Source of the DNA: Mobula hypostoma
Taxonomy: Eukaryota
Direction of reading: 5' to 3'
Length of the DNA: 64,000 nucleotides
NCBI RefSeq assembly: GCF_963921235.1
Contig: NC_086097.1
Location: 233,370,001-233,434,000 of the forward strand
In this document: positions 50,978 through 62,775 of the stretch, piece after piece
Layout: every line of letters begins with the position of its first letter
Numbering within the stretch: the stretch's first letter is position 1
Notes under the pieces: generated by a model
Database searches by the model: none
Seen by the model: only the letters and a program-made list of their open reading frames with translations
What the model was told of the DNA's origin: nothing
Made by a program: the position numbers and the translations under genes

Positions 50978-53009
50978 CACTACAACCATCAGGCTCCTGA
51001 ACCAACGTGGATTACCTTACTCACCTCAACACTGAACCGATCATTGAACACAATCTATGGACCCACTTTCCAGGACTCAACTCATATTATCTATTTGTTT
51101 GTTTGCTTATTTATCTATCTATTATGTACTATTTATGTATGTATTTATTTACGTATTTATTTATCTATCTACCATTTATCTATTAATCTATTTATCTATT
51201 TATTTATTATTTGTCTATTTTTTTATTTGCACATTTTGTCTTCTTTTGCACATTGGTTGTTTGTCAGTCTTTCTGTGCATTTTTCATTGAATCTGTTGTA
51301 TTTCTTTGTTCTATTATGAATACCTGCAAGAAAATTAATCTCAGGGTTGCGTATGGTAACACATACATACTTCGATAATAAATTTACTTCGAACCTTAAT
51401 TTTTCTATTATCAACATGTCTATCTAAGAATTCTTTAGATAGTTCTAATGTACCATCACTCCTCGCAGGGTGTTCCATGCACCCACACCCTCTGTGTAAA
51501 GAACTTAATTGACATCTCTGCTATATTTTCCTCCAATCACCTTCAAATTATACTCACTTGTATTAGCCATTTCCACTCTGCCTCTGGCTATCCACTCAAT
51601 CAATGCCTCTTATAACACCTCTATCAAGTCAGTTCTCACCCTCCTTCACTCCAAAGAGAAAAGCCCTGAGTCACTCAACGTATCTTCATAAGGCATGCCC
51701 TCTAGTCCAGGGCAGCATCCTGGTAAGTCTCCTCCACTCCCTCTCACAGGTTTTAACATCCTGTTTATAATGAGGTGACCAGAACTGAACATAATATTTC
51801 ACGTGTGGTCTTACCAGGGTTTTACAGAGTTACAACATTCTCTCAAGACTTTTGAACTCAATCCTCTGACTCATGAAGGCCAACATGCCATACACCTTCT
51901 TAACAACCGTATCAAATGCACAGCAACTTTTGTTTATTCAAAAGAAATTCTTGGAGATGAAAGGGAAAAATTATTGTAAAGGTAGGTGGAAATTGTAGAG
52001 CAGTTGGATTAATTAGAAGCATTGTCAAAAGTATGTTCCCATGCAGACTGCTATAGTGGTACAACTAGAAGGGTTGTTTACTCTCAACTCCACTGACTTC
52101 AGTTCAATCCTGACCTCTGGTGCTGTCTCTCTGGCACTTACACAATTTCCATAGGACTGTGAGGATTTTCTTCACATCCCAACGATGCATAGGTTGGTAG
52201 GTGAATTGGTTGCTGTAAATTGTCTCTAGCCTAGGTGCGAAGTAGAATCTGGGTATTGCAGGACTGTATCAAGGGAGCTGTGTGGCCTCAGTTATTGTGC
52301 AGACTAGGCTTTCATGCCACAGGGTCACCTGTTGCAGTTACCCATAATAACAAGTAATAAATGGCATAGGTGGTGTGGTGCAGCTGGGTTGGGTGCTGGC
52401 CCCTCCCATTGGTACTGGTCTCCAATGTTTGCTCGGTGGAAGATGAGCTGGATTACATTCATCTGCCACTGCACTTGTATGCTTGTTCTTGCAGAAACAT
52501 GGCTCCAGAACAAGTTTCCACGCACCGTCAATCTACACACCATAACACTCAGGGTCTTGGGCTATATTGTTTTTTGTGTCTATATATCACTTCTATTGTA
52601 ATTACAAATGCTATATGTGACTTGTTCTGTGTGTGACCATTAGTGTTATAATTTGTACCTTGGCCCCAGAGAAACGATATTTTGTTTAGTTGTATCGATA
52701 TGTATGGTTGACTGACAATTAAACTTTTGAACTTGAACTTGCAGAATTGAGGGGAATGAGAAAAGAATTAAATGGGGTTAGGGAATTCATGTAAATGGAT
52801 GCTTTCATGATAGACATGGACTTGATGGACCGATGACCATGTTCCTGAGCAGTATGGCTCTAAGGTGGGGCAAATACATTCTTTCTGTGCTGGATAATTC
52901 TGTGAAGTTTAATGCAATCATTTTCCTTTTAACCTGCCACTTGCTTCCATCTCTAAAGAATGGTTCACTGTGCCTGTGCTAGATTCCAAAGCTCGTAGTA
53001 CAAAGCAAA

Positions 53010-54240
53010 TTTATTATCAAAGTACACTTGTAGATGTCACCATATATAATCCGGAGATTTATTTTCTTGAGGACAATCACAGTAAATATAAGAAACTCAT
53101 TTGAATCAATGAAAGATTACACACAATAGGATGGACAACAACCAAAGAGAAAAAACAAAGAACAACAAACAAAAAGAAAGAGAAAATAATAATAATAAAT
53201 TAATAACCAAAATTATCAAGAGCATGTGATGAAGAGTCCTTAAAAGTGAGTCCAGTTCAGTGATGGGGCAACAGAGGCTGAGTGAAGTTATCCCCCCAGT
53301 TCAGGAGCTGATTATTAACGGTTAATAACTTCCTGAAGCTGATGGTAAGGCTCCTGTACCACCTTCTTGATGCCGCAGTGAGAAAAGAACATGGCCTGGA
53401 TGGTGGGGGTGTTTGATGATGGATGTTGATTTCCTGTGACAACACTATGTGTAGATGTGCTCAATGGTGAGGGGGGCTTCACTCACGATGGACAAGGCCA
53501 TATCCATTACTTTTGTTGGGCTTTTCCTTACAAAACCATTGGTGTTTCCATACCAGGCCGTGATACAACTTCCCACCACACTTCTACAGAAGTTTGTCAA
53601 CATTTTAGAAGACATGCTGAATCTTTTCAAACTTTGAGAAGGTAAAGGTGTTGCCGTGCTTTCTTTGTAATGTCACTTATATGCTGGATCTCTGAAATGA
53701 TAACAGCGAGGAATATAAAGTTGGTAACTCTGATTTCCCTGATGAGGACTGGCTCCTGGAACTCTGGTTTCCTTCTCCTGGAGCCACCCCTCTTCACCAT
53801 TCCCCATTCCTGCTTCCCTCTCTCACCTTATCTCCTTACCAGCCTATCATCTCCCTCTGGGTCTCCTCCCTTTTCCCTTTCTTTCATGGTCTTCTACCTT
53901 CTATTATCAGATTCCCTCTTCTCCAGTCCTTTCTCTTTTTCATCAGTCAACTTCCCAGCTCTTTACTGCACCTCTCCAACTCTCTCGGTTTCACCTATCA
54001 CCTACCACCATATAAGTACTTGCGGTGCATCTGTGCAGAGCGAGCTTGTGGAGGAGATGTTGCCAACCTGAACTGACTGGGTTCTGCAAGTGAGGAAATT
54101 GAGGACCCAGTTGCACAAGGAGGTACTGAGGCCGAGGACTTAAAACATAGATTAGTTTGGAGGGGATGATAGTTTTGAAAGCTGAGTGTAATTAATGAAG
54201 AGCATCATGATGTATGCATCTTCACTGTCCAGACGATCCA
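53010..54240 (-). mobile_element. Rex1/Babar 3' fragment with a nested Penelope-like piece (~53780-54010)
   Basis: RFSMSSKMLTNFCRSVVGSCITAWYGN; GATAATAAATTTGCTTTG 3' end. Confidence 0.7.
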
Positions 54241-55063
54241 GGATTTGATAATATGATTGCATGTTCCTTCCCTGAAGCCAGCACTCTCTTCATAGCTACA
54301 GTTCTTTGTTACCTCCCCTAACCAGGTTATGTGAGCAGATGAAATAAGACATAATTAAAAAGGTGTTTCTACTTAATTAAGAATGAACAGAGTACAAATG
54401 TACAAAGGTGTCATGGGAGATAAGAGCAGGAATAGCTTTCCTTTGAATTGCCCTCTAATGAGATATAAACTGCATGTTCTCCTATTGTATTCATTCAAAT
54501 GAATGGTTCTGATGCCATGTCGTAACTTTCCATTAAATGCATTACTCTTGGGTTATAAATGCTTCACTTGCTATCTGTCCCTGACCGTAAGTATCTACCG
54601 CAGTGCAGCCAATTTTCTGGTGATTAGTTTTAATAGGGTGAACAAGGTATTGGCCAGGAATCGAGCCCAGCAGAATATATCCATTAGCATTTTATCACAT
54701 CAAAACATCCCAAAGTGATTTGCACAGTGAATGATTTTAGAAATTTGGTATATCTGCTAGAGAAGCATATTGATTATAGACTAATCTATTGGTGCAAAAT
54801 CTCCCTGTGCCTTGGTACTGAATTAGGTGTCATTACAAAGATAGGTGTTGCAGGAATCCCATACAATCCACCAGCTTGATGTATGGGCTGTAAGAGAAGG
54901 ATCTTTTATTTACCGTAGTAAAGATTTTGCAATAGGATATCAGCATGCTATTTTTAAGTATATAATGCTGCAGAAGAATGGAAGCAAATTCACACAACAG
55001 ATGTGCATTCCTTTCTGCCAAGCATATTTCCAAATGAACGCCTTTTCACAGCTGAAGAGCTAC

Positions 55064-55600
55064 AAACAGTGGCCGCATTATTAGCTACCACCACTACTTA
55101 ATAATGTGGCCGCTGAGTGTATGCTTATCGTTTTCTGCTGCTGTAACCCATCCACTTCAAGGTTCGATGTGCTGTGCATTGAGAGATGCTCTTCTGCACT
55201 ACACGGTAATGCATGGTTATTTAAGTTATTGTTGCCTTCCAGTCAGCTTGAAATTTTCCGACCATTCTTCTTGAGCCTCTCTCATCAACAAGGCCTTTTT
55301 GCCCACAAAACTGGATGCTTTTTTGTTTCTCACATCATTTTCTATAAACTCTAGAGATTGTCGTGCATGAAAATCCCAGGAGATCAGCAGTTTCTAAGAT
55401 ACTCAAACTGCCCATCTGGCACCAGCAATCATTCCACAGACAAAATCACTTAGATCGCATTTCTTCCACATTCTCATACTACATTTGGTCTGAACAACAA
55501 CTGAATCACTTGCCTTTATGCGCTGGTTTGCGGCCGCATGATTATGGGTATTTGCATTAATGAGCAGTTGTACAAGTGTACCTAATAAAATGGCCACTGT
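55064..55600 (-). mobile_element. Non-autonomous Tc1-like element, sister of 42369-43751
   Basis: TIR-like CAGTGGCCGCATTATTAG / CTAATAAAATGGCCACTG; KKCDLSDFVCGMIAGAR. Confidence 0.75.
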
Positions 55601-56029
55601 ATGATACAGTGCAAACTGGAGGGGAAAGTGTATGGTTCTTCCTGAAATATGTGCTTACAGCACAAAGCAAATAGGCTCAAAGTCAATTGTCTGAGATCGC
55701 AGGTGTACAGCCCACTTCACAATTACTACTTTCTTATTACATCCTTGTCTGAGCAGTGATGAGAGCATGGCTTCACTAATAGATGTCAGTTGAAGCCCAC
55801 CCACTCCACTGAAATGGTAAGTGCCAAACTGGTTTTAAACGCTGGGGATAAATTTCGGAACTTACTGTAGAAGTGTCAGGATGATATGTGGTAGAACGGA
55901 CCCATGCTCTACAATGCCACTTTGCAACAGGGAACACAGAGAAGCACAACACACGAATAGGCTCTTTTGCCCATGATGTTTGTGTCAACCATAATGGAAA
56001 CTTAATTTAGCTCCAATTGTCTGCACATT

Positions 56030-56555
56030 GAGGAAGGACATTCTTGCTATTGAGGGAGTGCAGCGTAGGTTCACAAGGTTAATTCCCAGGATGGCGGGAC
56101 TGTCATATGTCGAAAGATTGGAGCGACTGGGCTAGTATACTCTGGAATTTAGAAGGCTGAGAGGGGATCTTATTGAAACATATAAGATTATTAAGGGATT
56201 GGACACGCTGCAGGCAGGAAGCATGCTCTCGCTGATGGGTGAGTCCAGAACCAGAGGCCACAGTTTAAGAATAAGGAGTAGGCCATTTGGAACGGAGTTG
56301 AGGAAAAACTTTTTCACCCAGAGAATGGTGGATGTATGGAATGCTCTGCCCCAGAAGGCTGTGGAGGCCAAGTCTCTGGATGCTTTCAAGAAAGAGATGG
56401 ATAGAGCTCTTAAAGATAGCGGAATCAAAGGTTATGGGGATAAGGCAGGAACTGGATACTGATAGTGGATGATCAGCCATGATCACAGTGAATGGTGGTG
56501 CTGGCTCGAAGGGCTGAATGGCCTACTCCTGCACCTATTGTCTATTGTCTATTGT
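56030..56555 (+). mobile_element. CR1 LINE 3' fragment, subfamily with (TATTGTC)n tail
   Basis: SRTRGHSLRI, NFFTQRMVDVWNALP; CR1 3'UTR. Confidence 0.9.
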
Positions 56556-56598
56556 TCCTCAGTGTTATCATTCCAGAGGACCTGTCCTGGGCAATTAT

Positions 56599-57219
56599 TA
56601 GATTAGATTAGATTATGAGGACACACAGTCCTCTTTTATTGTCATTTAGTAATGCATGCATTAAGAAACGATACAATATTCCTCTGGTGTGATATCACAG
56701 AAACACAGGACAGACCAAGACTGAAAAACTGACAAAAACCACATAATTATAACATATAGTTACAACAGTGCAACAATACCATAACTTGATGAAGAACAGG
56801 CCATGGCACAGTAAAAAAGTTCAAAGTCTCTCGAAAGTCCCACAACTCACGCAGACGGGAGAAGGAAGAAAACTCTCCCTGCCATGCCCGATCACCGTCC
56901 AACTCTGAGTCGTCTGAAAACTTCAAGCTCTGATCGGCCCTCCGACACCGAGTACCGAGCACCATCTCTATCCGAATGCTTCGACCTCAGTCTCAGTCAC
57001 CAGCAGCAGGCAAAGCTGGGGATTTTGGGGCCTTCCCTCCAGAGATTCTCGATCGCACAGTAGCAGCAGCAGCGAACCAGACATTTCAGAAATTACTCCG
57101 GATGTTCCTCTGCTTCTCACATCTGTCTTCATTAAATCAGAATTGTGCACAGCATCCTACTTACAGATACGATATTATTTCACCGGAGAGCTGCGTGCGC
57201 TGCCATCTTCTCCTCCCGC
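56599..57219 (-). mobile_element. Non-coding retroposon of about 620 bp with (TCTAA)n tail, inserted in a Rex1 fragment
   Basis: Minus 5' end GGGAGGAGAAGATGGCAGCGC, AATAAA then (AATCT)n; GCAATTAT repeated at 56591 and 57226. Confidence 0.6.
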
Positions 57220-57483
57220 CTATGTGCAATTATGAAGAAAGCACAGCAGTGCCTCTACTTCATTAAAGGTTTGCGAAGATTCAGCATGACATCTAAAACT
57301 CTGGCAAATTTCTGCAGATGTATAGTGGAAAATATATTGACTGGCTGCCTCACAGCCTTGTAAGGAAGCAATAATGTCCTTGAATGGAAAATCCTACAAA
57401 AGCAGCGAAGTGCCTTAATTTTATACTCTCTAGCTTTGAAATTTCCTCCCTGGGGCTAAAAAAAAGCTAACCATCTGCCCTAT

Positions 57484-57725
57484 GTAACACACTCACAAAA
57501 TACTGGGAGAACTTCACAAGTCAGGCAGCATCAATGGAGAGGGATAAACAGTTGATGTTTAAGGCCAAGATCCTTCACCAAGATGCATGTCCTGATGAAG
57601 GATCTCAGCCTGAAACATCAACTATTTATGCCTCTCCACAGGTGCTGGCTGACCTGCTGAGTTCCTCCAGCATTTTGTGTGTGTTACTCTGGATTTCCAG
57701 CATCAGCAGAATCTCCTGTGTTTAC
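57484..57725. mobile_element. Head-to-head pair of Penelope-like pseudo-LTRs
   Basis: Imperfect inverted arms of about 100 bp around 57583-57590; right arm CTGATGAAGGATCTCAGCCTGAAAC. Confidence 0.8.
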
Positions 57726-58978
57726 TATCGGCTCTGTATGTCACATTTCATAATCTTATGTACTTCTACCAGGTTGCTTTTCATCTTCCGGCACTCCAGT
57801 GAAAACATGCCCAAGTTTGTCCAGCCTCTCCTTAATACTCACTAATCCAGCAAACTAAAACATCACAGCCTGTTATGGAAACACCAAATGCCCTTGAGCA
57901 GAAAAAGTAGTGGATATGTTCCAATCCATCACAGGTAAAACCCTCCCCACCATTGATCACATCTACATTGGGCAGGAAAGCTGCTTTCTTCATTGAGTAC
58001 TCTAACCATCCAGACCATGCTCTCTTCTTGCTGATGCTATCAGAAAGGAGGTACAGGAGCCACAGGACTCATACAACCAGGTTCAGGACCAATTACTACT
58101 CCACAACCATTAGGCTCTTGAACAAAAGGGGATAATTTCACTCAATTTCACTCGCCCAATCATGAACTATTCCCACAAGCTATGGATTCACTTTCAAGGA
58201 CTCTACAGCTGCTTTTCTCAATATTTATTGTTTATTTATTTATTAATTATTATTATTGTTTATTCATTTATTTATTATTTATTTATTATATTTACTATGT
58301 TTATTTTGTTTTGCATTTACACAGTTTGGTGTCGTTTGCAAATTGGTTGACGTCTGTCCAATTGGGTGCGGTCTTTCATTGATTCTGTTGTGTTTGTTGT
58401 ATTTACTATGAATGTCTGCAAGGAAATGAAACTCAGGGTTGTATCTGGAGCGTATGCATAGTTTGATAATAAATCTACTTAGATCTTTAAACCTTTAACC
58501 TTTGAGACTCTTCTGCACTCTACAAGATGACACATCCTTTTATGGCCAGAGCTGTAGCCAATCATCACCACTGTGCACAACACCATTGTGAATGGGATTA
58601 ATCCATTGTCAATTTGAAATGGATGAAGGAGTTAATGCTGTGAGATTAGTCACAGATTATGGCTGGAAATTCAAAGGATGTTCAATGAAATTAAAAATAC
58701 AGCCTTCTTATTCCCTTCTCAAATTGCTGTCCTCACTTTCCCGTATCCTCTGACAATCATCACACTGCATTTCATGGTTTTCTATTCACAGGAACCATTA
58801 TCAATAACCTCCCGTCTCTACACTTCACATTTACATGCTGCCCATGAACTCCCTATCACGATAAGAATAGCCTTTGAATACTTCACAAGGTTGTTACAAA
58901 TGTACCAGTGTTCTTCCTTGTGGGAGACGGTGTGCCACAACTTGTATATGCTTGCTGTCAGGAGATGTTGATCCTATC

Positions 58979-59353
58979 TGTTATGTTTTGTTACTACAGA
59001 AACTAATTGAAAGAAAAACACAGGAGCTGGGATGTTTGTCTATTTAGTTCTTTTAGAGAAGTGCTCACATATAATGTGGTGGCGTAATGACATATGCCAT
59101 TCATGTACTTCTTACATATAACCCACAATTAATTATGTAAACAAAGTAAGCTTAATCAAACAATATGTTTACAATATTTCTCAAATATTACTGAAATATT
59201 AAATACACTACACTCCTCCCTACTTAACTCTACACTCCAATTCAATATAGATGCATCTCAACATTCATATACACAGCATAGTAAATTTTAAATTGTCCCA
59301 TTAAGGCTCAAAGATTTAATTGCTGTGGAGGATTTCATACTCTGTGGGATAAC
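58979..59353 (-). mobile_element. Gypsy 3' LTR (58979-59212), PPT and extreme pol C-terminus
   Basis: TG...CA termini; polypurine tract TAGGGAGGAG abutting the LTR on the minus strand; YPT....NPPQQLNL* end of pol. Confidence 0.75.
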
Positions 59354-62088
59354 AAAACACATTGATGAAGGTAGAACAGTGTACAGGTGTCCCCCGCTTT
59401 TCGAATGTTCGCTTTACGAAACCTCACTGTTACAAAAGACCTACATTAGTACCCTGTTTTCGCTTTCAGAAGGTGTTTTCACTGTTACGAAAAAAAAACA
59501 GCGCGCGGGGAAAACCAGCGCACGATAAAAGGCAGCGCGCCCCGAGCAGCCGCTCTCACCCGAATTCGGAACGGCATTCTAGCCAGCATTGCTTAAACAT
59601 GTGCCTGTGAGCAGCCGTTTGCAAGATGAGTTCTAAGGTATTGGAAAAGCCTAAAAGAGCTTGTAAGGGTGTCACACTTAGCGTAAAACTAGACATAATT
59701 AAGCGTTTCGATCGTGGTGAACGAAGTAAGGACTAAGTGACTTTGGCTTGTGGAAGCTGACGAACATAATGTTGAAGAGGTTTTGGCCTCCCATGACCAA
59801 GAACTGATAGATGAAGAACTGATGCAATTGGAAGAGGAAAGGATAACAATTGAAACTGAATACAGTAGCCAACGGACCGAAAGTGAAGTCGTCCAGGAAC
59901 TGACGTGAAGCAACTGCATGAGAATTTTGTTGCAATGATAAAGTACGACTTTAATTTTGAAAGGATACATAGGTTTAGGGGATATTTACAGGATGGTTTG
60001 AGTCCTTACAAAGAACTGTATGATAGAAAAATGTGCGAGGCTCAGCAGTCAAGCAAGCCTTCCGCATCAGCCACAGCAGACGACGAACCTCAACCTTCAA
60101 CATCGACGCAAGCAGTCATAGGAGAAGATGAGCTGCCTGCTCTAATGGAAACAGACGACGAGATGACACCACAGTGTCCCACCACCCCGCGATTCGCAGA
60201 GAATGCAGTGGGAGCCGGGAGGCACACAGCACATCTTGAAGAAAAATGCCGAAATAAACATGCTAATTAATTAGGTGCCACCCGACACATAATTAATTAG
60301 CATGTTTATTTCAGCTTTTTTCTTAAAGATGTGCTGGATGTCTCCCGGCTACCGCTGTACCCCTGCATCCTTCGTGGTTCGGTATCTGTCAGTGGCCTGG
60401 AGGGTGGGGGCCACTGCACCACCCAACCTGTGATGACTCAGTCTAACACACCATCATCAGTGAGCTCGGCACTGAACCAATTCCGGTAAGTGATACTACA
60501 CTGTACATACATTATTTCTACTTTATATAGGCTGTGTATTTTTATGTGTTATTTGGTATGATTTGGCAGCTTCATAGCTTAAAGGTTACTGGAGAGCGCT
60601 TGCGCCGTGTTTTTGCCAACAGCACTTGCATGAGATTTTTTGCCGACAGCGCTTACGCGAGATTTTCACTACGGAGAACAGTAGTGGAAAATGACTGTGG
60701 AAAAGTATTTCTACTTTATATAGGCTGTGTATTTATCATATCATTCCTGCTTTTACTATATGTTACTGTTATTTTAGGTTTTATGTGTTATTTGGCATGA
60801 TTTAGTAGGTTATTTTTGGGACTACGAACGCTCACAAATTTTTCCCATATAAATAAATGGCAATTGTTTCTTCACTTTACGACATTTCAGCTTACGAACC
60901 GTTTCATAGGAACGTTCTACCTTCGGATGGCGGGGGAAACCTGTATATGGATCTCAGTAAGGCATTTGATAAAGTTCCCCATGCAAGGTTCATTCAGAAA
61001 GTAATGAGGCATGGGATCCAAGGAGACGTTGCTTTGTAGATTCAGAACTGGCTTGCACACAGAAGACAAAGGGTGGTTGCAGCTGGTTCATATTCTGCAT
61101 GGATCTGTTCTGGGACCCCTCCTCTTTGTGATTTTTATAAATGACCTAGATGAGAAAGTAGAAAGGTGGGTTCATAAGTTTGCTGATGACACAAAAGTTG
61201 GGGGTGTTGTGGATAGTCTGGAGGGTTGTCAGAGGTTACAGTACAACATCGATAGGATGCAGAACTGGGCTGAGAAGTGGCAGGTGGAGTTCAACCCAGA
61301 TAAGTGTGAAGTTGTTCTTTTTGTTCTTTTTGTTCGGTCAAATTTGAAGACAGAATATAATATTAATGGTAAGACGCTTGGCAGCATGGAAGATCAGCGA
61401 GATCTTGGGGTCCTTGTCGATAGGACACTCAAAGCTGCTGCACAGGTTGACAGTGTTGTTAAGAAGGTCTTCATCAAATGTGGGATTGAGTTCAAGAGCC
61501 GTGAGGTGAAGTTACAGCTATATATGACCTTAGCTAGACTCCACTTGGAGTACTGTGTTTAGTTCTGGTCACCTCACTACAGGAAGGACGTGGATACTAC
61601 AGAAAGAGTGCAGAGGAGATTTACCAGGATGTTACCTGGATTGAAGAGCATGCCTTATGAGAATATGTTGAACAAACTTGGCCTTTTCTCCTTGGAGCAA
61701 CAGAGGATGAGAGATGACCTGATTAAGTTGTATAAGATGATGAGAGTCATTGATTGTGGGAATAGCCAGAGGCTTTTTCCCAGGGCTGAAATAACTAACA
61801 TGAGGGGGCATGGTTTTAAGGTGTTTGGAAGTAAGTACAGGGAAAACGTCAGAGGTAAGTTTTTCACACAAAGGGTGGTGGGTGCGTTGAATACACTTGC
61901 CAGTAAAGGTGGTAGAAGCAGATAAAATAGGATCTTTTAAAAGACTCACAGATAGGTAGATGGAGTTTAAAAAATAGAGGGCTATGCAGTAGGGAAATTC
62001 TAGACAGTTTCTAGAGTATGTTACATGGTTGGCACAACATTGTGGGCCGAAGGGCCTATAATGTGTTGTAGATTTCTATGTTTCTATG
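59354..62088 (+). mobile_element. CR1 LINE fragment inserted in the Gypsy remnant and split by a Tigger element
   Basis: KHIDEGRTV | YMDLSKAFDKVPH rejoins across the Tigger; KFADD; (TTTCTATG) tail at 62073-62088. Confidence 0.9.
59384..60943 (+). mobile_element. Internally deleted Tigger/pogo DNA transposon
   Basis: TA TSD; TIRs CAGGTGTCCCCCGCTTTTCGAA / TTCGGATGGCGGGGGAAACCTG; N-terminal MSSK...VTLSVKLDIIKRFDRGER and C-terminal VEEVLASHDQELIDEELMQLE; DDE domain missing. Confidence 0.9.
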
Positions 62089-62480
62089 TCTTTCCCGACA
62101 AGGGGTTGGGGATGGTGTCAGCATGCTTGACAGTTAAGATTGTGGCTGTGAAACAATTTTATGTTCTGCGGTCTTCTCTGTGGTGGTTATAGGAGTTGAC
62201 TGCGGGACTGCAGGAAGTGTTCTGACAGCTCTGGACACCTTTCTCCTCCAACAATCGACTCTGCTCTCCTCAACTGATCAATGTGTCGTCTCCAGATGAC
62301 ATCAGACGCAATTTCCACTGTGTAGGAGAGTGGTCCAGTTCTGTCCTCAATATTTCCAAATACACACTTTTGATCACCCCTGTAGTCACTTGCCAGGACT
62401 GCTTGTCCAGGAGTGAAACATCGAATGCCCTTGTTTGAGGAGAGCTCAATTAGTCTCAGCTGTTTGTCCTGCATATACTG
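62088..62480 (-). mobile_element. Gypsy integrase C-terminal remnant
   Basis: RCFTPGQAVLASDYRG....G.I.DRTGPLSYTV......WRRHIDQLR. Confidence 0.85.
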
Positions 62481-62514
62481 GAATGTAATGTTAATCCCAA
62501 AAAGCAGGTATAAG

Positions 62515-62760
62515 AGCATAAGATATAGGAACAGAATTAGGCCATCAGCTGGACTACCATTTCATCATGACCCATCCATTTTCTCTCTCAGCCCCATCTT
62601 TTGCCTTCTCCCCGTATCCTTTCATGCCCTGACCAATCAATAACCTATCAACCTCTGCCTTAAATATATGTAAAAACTTGGCCTCCACAGCCACTTGTGG
62701 CAATGAATTCCACAGATCCACCACTCTCTGGCCAAAGAAATTCCTCCTTATCTCATTGCT
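62515..62760 (-). mobile_element. CR1 3'UTR fragment
   Basis: CATAAGATATAGGAACAGAATTAGGCCA...GAATTCCACAGATCCACCACTCTCTGG. Confidence 0.75.
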
Positions 62761-62775
62761 GCTTTATTCTAATGA

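Noticed and set aside
50975..51319. Hydrophobic, membrane-like ORFs here and at 58162-58382
   Set aside because: Translation of (TATT/TATC)n low-complexity tracts in LINE 3'UTRs
54845..55084. 79-aa ORF in unique sequence as a host exon
   Set aside because: No convincing acceptor/donor pair, no recognisable motif, and it runs into a Tc1 TIR
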